A stretch of 64,000 bases of DNA from Spongospora subterranea f. sp. subterranea (Eukaryota): assembly GCA_049724395.1 (NCBI GenBank), contig JAUGWO010000063.1:1-64000 (forward strand), given 5' to 3'. Below, piece by piece: positions 58,796 to 64,000 of the stretch. How positions within the stretch are numbered: the stretch's first letter is position 1; the number at the start of each line of letters is the position of its first letter. The translations under genes and the position numbers were made by a program. Below the pieces are notes generated by a model. That model made no database searches and was not told the DNA's origin. It saw only the letters and a list, made by a program, of their open reading frames with translations.

Positions 58796-60110
58796 ATGGC
58801 TCGTGGACGCACACAACCGCCTCGACCGGCACCAGTAGCATCCCCGATCTTCACGCCGATCACGGCGCCTCACATTGCATCATTCGAGTTAAACGCCGTC
58901 AACCGATTCCTTCGGGACTACAATGCCTACAAAGACCTCGTCAAAGAACGACAAGACGTCCACAACGAGGATGTCCAGGCGAATTCGGTAAATAGCTGTA
59001 TTCCTAGGCATAAACTTGAAGGATTGGCCACATATATTTTGAAAAAAGCCCTTGACCAGGTCACTGATCAAGACCTGCTCGATTACTTTCAGCGAGTGCG
59101 CTCACAAGCCATCGCATCATGCCAACAAGACATCGACAAGCTTATTAAAGAGCGGGTCGTGATGAGCTTGGCAATCGCAGACGCCGAGGACAGAGTTCTG
59201 AGCTATTTCACAGCGTTCGACAAACTCATCACGGATTATGGGCTAGAACACGTGCACGACGTGGAAGATAACAACGGCGAGTTGAAGCTCTGACCGAGGG
59301 ATTGCGCCCACCTTCACTCAAGGCCGTTGTCGAACATGAACTAAAGTACGGTAAAGATGAGGACGCTAATGACGATGTCGCTAAGGCATTCGAGCTGATC
59401 CTGTCTACCGCCAAAGATCAAGAAGGCTTCGACGCTTCAACAATGATCTCATGCCGATTCCACCTCAGCGAGATGCCAACAATCAAGAAAAGCAGCATCT
59501 CAAACAGGTTTTTTTTTTGTGATTGTGTTCGGCATTTTGGTGCCAGGTTTGTAGTACTCATATCTACAAGAGGGCCAAGACGAACTTGGTGTCAAAGCTC
59601 ATTCGCTAGACAATATTTTCTCAAACACGACGAGAATCGTGGAAAACAACCTTACGGCGACCTGAGACCTAAGCCTAATGAAGATTCCAAAGAAATCAGT
59701 GACTTCATCAGACACAAATGTGAGAGTAAACCGCCTCCTCCTAATGGTTGTCTACTTTGTAAAAATGATCACTGGGTACAAATATGCCCCACCGCTACAA
59801 TCAAAGAGCGCAAGGATGCATTCACAAACTTCCGAGCTGACCGAAACTCCAAAGCCAATGAGTCGAATAAGCGTCAACAACTTCCAACAGACCCAAAGTT
59901 CTCGACTACATACCAGGTCAATATCAACTCTATTCGCTCTCTGCCTTGTGAGTTGGATAATGGTTCTTCTAAAACAACCATCGATGAGAAAAGTATCAAA
60001 CGTCTATTGGCAAAAACACACGTCCCCTGCCGCTTTTTCGATGAACCAATCACAGGCAAACAGGAGTTCGCGGGATCTACTTCCACCCCCTCGATTCACC
60101 CATTGATGCC
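58796..60110 (+). pseudogene. Gypsy gag-protease relic (same Gag type as 23940-25037)
   Basis: PIFTPITAPHIASF..FLRDYNAY; EGLRPPSLKAVV; knuckle CLLCKNDHWVQIC; protease-like LDNGS; frameshifted; pyrimidine-rich leader upstream. Confidence 0.75.
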
Positions 60111-60259
60111 AAAATCACTTTGCGGCGTCGCGAGTGCTTTGTGACGCGTGAAGATCTTTCAGACGGTGTAGTCCTAATGGCACACCGGAACTATTTGCAT
60201 TATGAATCATGTTTTTCAACTTTGTAACTGTTTTCTTGTTTGCAGAATAATCTGACGAA

Positions 60260-60915
60260 TTATCCATTGTTTTATGTGTTCCAGTGTGTCCTCTTTTCAA
60301 TGGTATGCTCATTCCTCGACTTTGTCCGACATCTCTTTTCCTTGGGCTTTTCATCATATGCTTCTGCTCGCGGTTCTGAAATGTTGTCTCGACATATGCA
60401 AGCATCGGTTGGACTGCGGTACCGACATCAATGAGAGGTCATTCGGGAATCAAACGTCCTTGATCTCCGCCAGCTCTCGTCCTATAGGAACTCCTCACCA
60501 ACTCGACGACACCGGTTCTCATTTCAATTCTAATGCGAAACAGATTCTATTGTCGAGGTGCTGATATCTTTTGTTTGTTTTGATGATGAGCATCAAACCT
60601 CGTTGATCCGCGTCAAAATCCGGGTAGTGTCGCTCCCGTTCACTCATCGTAGAGCTGATATATTTGAATTCCTAGTTTATTCAATGCTATTGAAACGTTT
60701 TGAAACGCGGGCGCCGATGTTGATGAGGGTGACTTGGAAGGAAACACGGCTTCAATGTTGGCAGTTGAAAACGACGCTGATATTCAGTTGTGCTTGGTCC
60801 CAGACCTCGTTCAGTGAGCGGATCGGGGAAGTGTTGTTTGAAGTACGGTTCTAAGGTCAACGCCGCTAGTGATGGGAAAACAGCATTGATGCTGGCTTCA
60901 AATGGTGGCAGGTAT
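60260..60915 (+). pseudogene. Degenerate ankyrin-repeat gene fragment, paralog of 62900-63555
   Basis: LDCGTDIN, GADVD, KYGSKVNAASDGKTALMLASNGG; DNA similarity to the downstream copy. Confidence 0.7.
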
Positions 60916-61668
60916 TCATTGCATTTGCTGTTTCAGTCAATTGCCCAACGGTTTGATTTCATCTGTGATTAGATTTTGAGACTGTTCTATATTACACATG
61001 TTGATCTGTACGGTCAATGAAAGCAGTTTTGGAACTTTGTTCGCAGCTGTTTTTTTTTCAGCCTGAGTCGGTTTGGGATTCGGTAATTGTATTTTTGTGG
61101 ACGAGTTATTGGTCAATGGATTATTGCTGGAGCGATTGGAAGAGCGAACGAAGACGGCCGACGATCAGTTCTGTATCAGTAATGTCCTTTTTGTGGGTCA
61201 CTCGACACGCCGTTGGTACATTCGACATCGTATCTTATTTCAACGGAATTCGGATGCGAACGGCGACTGGTCCAGCTGACGACGTGATCTTGTTTCCGGA
61301 TTCCAAGACGGACGCCAATCAAACACAATCAGGAACTAAATCGACGTGAAATCGATATTTTGTTGACTAAGAAGGTGCCAGATACCGTTTGGATGAGATG
61401 GGGTCAGAAAGAGTCTTTCGGGTATAACTGATATCGCCGTGTCATCATCTGTACCTAAGACTGATACGAAACCTTCTGAAGCCGGTCAGTCTAAGAGTTT
61501 GACCATGAATACGGCAATGGCAGGGCACACTTTTATTGGAGTTGATGGTGCTTCGTCATCGCCGTAATCATAATCCGTCACAATCTTATTCATACAAACC
61601 CTGACCGGCTTCAGCAGGTTTCGTATCAGTCTTTGGTGCAGAAGATGACGCTATCGATCTTAAGAGTC

Positions 61669-62010
61669 GTAACGTGGATCTTGTGGCTAATAATAGGTTC
61701 TATTGTAACGTGGATCATGTGGCTAATAATAGGTTCTATTGTAACGTGGATCATGTGGCCAATAATAAGTTCTATTGTAACGTGGATCATGTGGCCAATA
61801 ATAAGTTCTATTGTAACGTGGATCATGTGGCCAATAATAAGTTCTATTGTAACGTGGATCATGTGGCCAATAATAAGTTCTATTGTAACGTGGATCATGT
61901 GGCCAATAATAAGTTCTATTGTAACGTGGATCATGTGGCCAATAATAAGTTCTACTGTATCGTGGATCATGTGTCTAACAATTGGTTCGCAGAAATTCGG
62001 CATTATTGTA
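61669..62010. repeat. 36-bp tandem minisatellite, ~9 units
   Basis: GTAACGTGGATCATGTGGCCAATAATAAGTTCTATT at 61669, 61705, 61741, etc. Confidence 0.95.
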
Positions 62011-62018
62011 AAACGTCG

Positions 62019-63986
62019 ATGGTGAGAGGTGGTGGGTCGGTGTTAACATCTCGGGATGCGGGCCCGTTCCGACGGCTGCCCAGCAACGTCCTCTTCCAGA
62101 TATTTCAGTATTATCTACCGCCGGTCGACCCATCGTTTATCGAGGCGTTCCCAACCGAATTTCGGATTTTGCACCAATATCGTGCAAATTTTTACAGAAA
62201 AACGACATTTCCATTATGTTTTGCTGTTCAAGCTGATGATCTGTAAGGGGATTTGTAATTCATCTTATCGTCGTATATATTGGTCAACTGTCGTCCGGAA
62301 ACTGTCGAATGTTTCATCAAATTATTCATTTGATTTGTGTTGAAAACCCACATCCGATTTGTGGCTCAACATGGTCAAAATACCGCGAGTAGTATTTATT
62401 CCCAAAGATGCTGTGATCTCATTGCGGTTTTACGTATTATGTGAAGTGTTTGTTGTTTCAATCAGGTTTTACAAATTTGTCTATTTTCCTGTGATGCCAA
62501 TCGTGGTTTTGTGTAGTATCGGTGTGGTCCAGCTATTTATCGACGAAGGATGCGATTTGGACTATGATGAATTTCCAACTAATTTTGCTCCAATACATTA
62601 TGCTGTCACATTGAACCGGTACTCGTCAATCCTACCTGTCTTTCTTGATTTCATGCCCTCATCAACTTTGTCTATTGAGTCTGGACATCGTAAAGGCCCT
62701 TGTTTGTGGCGGCGCCTCGCTATACATCAGAACTATCTACAAATCAACAGCCCTGAGCATTGCCATTTCTCAACAAAAGTAAACCATATTCTTAGCACCG
62801 TCGTTGTGTTTTGATAAACAAACAGCAATCATTTCTTTTAACTAACAGCCATCAGTTTTTTGCAGCATAAATGAACGAATTTTTTATTGGTTTGCTTGTT
62901 CCAGTTTGCTCCTCCTTTTCCATGTTAGAGTTCGCTCTTTGACGTTGTTCCTATGTCATTTCATCATATTCTTCAGCTCACGGTTCTGGAATGTAGGCTC
63001 GAAATATTCAAGTATCTGTTGGACTGCGGTGCTGACATTAATCAGAGGTTGCACGGGAATGAAACGCCTTTGATCGTCGCCAGCTATTGTCCTCAGTAAC
63101 ACAAATCATCCCCAATTCGACGAAACCGGTTCCCATTTCCTCTCTAGTACGAATTTTTATGCTCGAACGCTATTGTCGCGGGGTGCTGATATCAGTGATT
63201 TTGATGATGAGCATCAAACCGCCTTGATGGCCGCGTCAAAATTTGGGTATTGCCGCCCTCCCGTTCACTAATCGTAGAGCTGATATATCTGCTTTCCTAG
63301 ATTATTCACTGTGGTTGACACGCTGCTGAACGCGGGCGCCGATGTTGGCCATGTTGATTTACAAGGAAACACGGCTTTGATTTTGGCAGCTGCTAACTCC
63401 GAGTAAGACATCAACCGATACCCAGTTGTGTTTGTTCCCAGACCTCGTTCAGTGTGCTGATCGGGGAAGTTTTGCTGAAATACGGCTCTAAGGTCAACTC
63501 CGCTAATCGTTTTGGAAAAACAGCATTGATGCTGGCTTCGAATGGCGGCAGGTAACATCGCATTGGTTCGCGGCTGTTTTATCTCAACCTAAGTAGGTTT
63601 GGGATTCGTTTTTTGTTTTTCTCTTTGGCTCAATGCTTTTTATCTTGTAATGTCGCCATCTGTTCCTATGTTCAACGCATCATTGGGTTTCTGTATGTTT
63701 AAAGCACAGGAAGAGGATAATCCTTATCCTAGAACGTGTTTATTGGTGCCGTGTCGGCATCTTATGTGTGATCAGGATTGATTGGGTCAATTTGCTCTTG
63801 AAACACGGCGCTGAAGTCACCGCTCGTGATTCTTATAATCGATCCGCCTTGTACATGGCAGTTTCCGCAAACCATGACCCTTGTTCTAGAATTCGTGTCA
63901 TCGAGAGTTTAATGGAACACAACGCCTCATTAAGTTATCTTGCTCCTGGCGAGTTGGTGGCACTGGTGGCCAGCATACCAACGTAA
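62019..63986 (+). CDS. Multi-exon ankyrin-repeat protein with F-box-like N-terminus (exon model approximate; may be partly pseudogenised)
   Basis: FRRLPSNVLFQIFQYY (F-box-like); APIHYAV, YLLDCGADIN..ETPLIVAS, QTALMAAS, LLNAGADV..GNTALILAA, KTALMLAS, LLLKHGAEVTARDSYNRSALYMAV. Confidence 0.65.
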
Positions 63987-64000
63987 ATGATATTTGCGAC

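Noticed and set aside
61626..62025. Hydrophobic repeat ORFs (IIGHMIHVTIEL / IVTWIMWPIISS)
   Set aside because: The 36-bp unit is open in several frames on both strands, with no evidence of coding. The frame continuous with the ankyrin gene starts at GTG rather than ATG.

Overview
Eukaryotic DNA from a compact genome with short GT-AG introns (about 49-68 nt). A protist such as a phytomyxid/SAR lineage is plausible, but this is inference only. Positions 1-33.9 kb and 49-64 kb are transposon-rich. They hold several Ty3/Gypsy elements (two with both LTRs), Copia fragments, a Penelope-like RT relic, a full-length hAT and a full-length pogo (DD35D) element, MITE-like elements and four tandem arrays (38, 73, 145 and 36 bp units). 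The 34-48.7 kb interval is a dense island of host genes: a Pro/Ser-rich coiled-coil protein, NOL10/ENP2, an SLC25A39/40-like carrier, ATP11, a patatin TAG lipase, SOSS-B/NABP and an LrgA-LrgB fusion. The most notable observations are: (1) an intact pogo element carrying a second, spliced, convergent gene for a small Cys/His HIRAN-like protein; (2) a four-exon 'mini-USP' deubiquitinase with an N-terminal hydrophobic anchor and apparently no fingers subdomain, next to long foldback hairpins and a copied piece of the same gene; (3) a young Gypsy element with identical LTRs, no Gag capsid and a WIDD RT motif, which truncates a secreted-protein paralog; (4) a chromovirus inserted inside a palindromic satellite. 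Single-base frameshifts in conserved host genes suggest indel errors in the assembly, so frameshifts inside transposons should be read with caution. All calls come from reading the sequence by eye; no searches were run.
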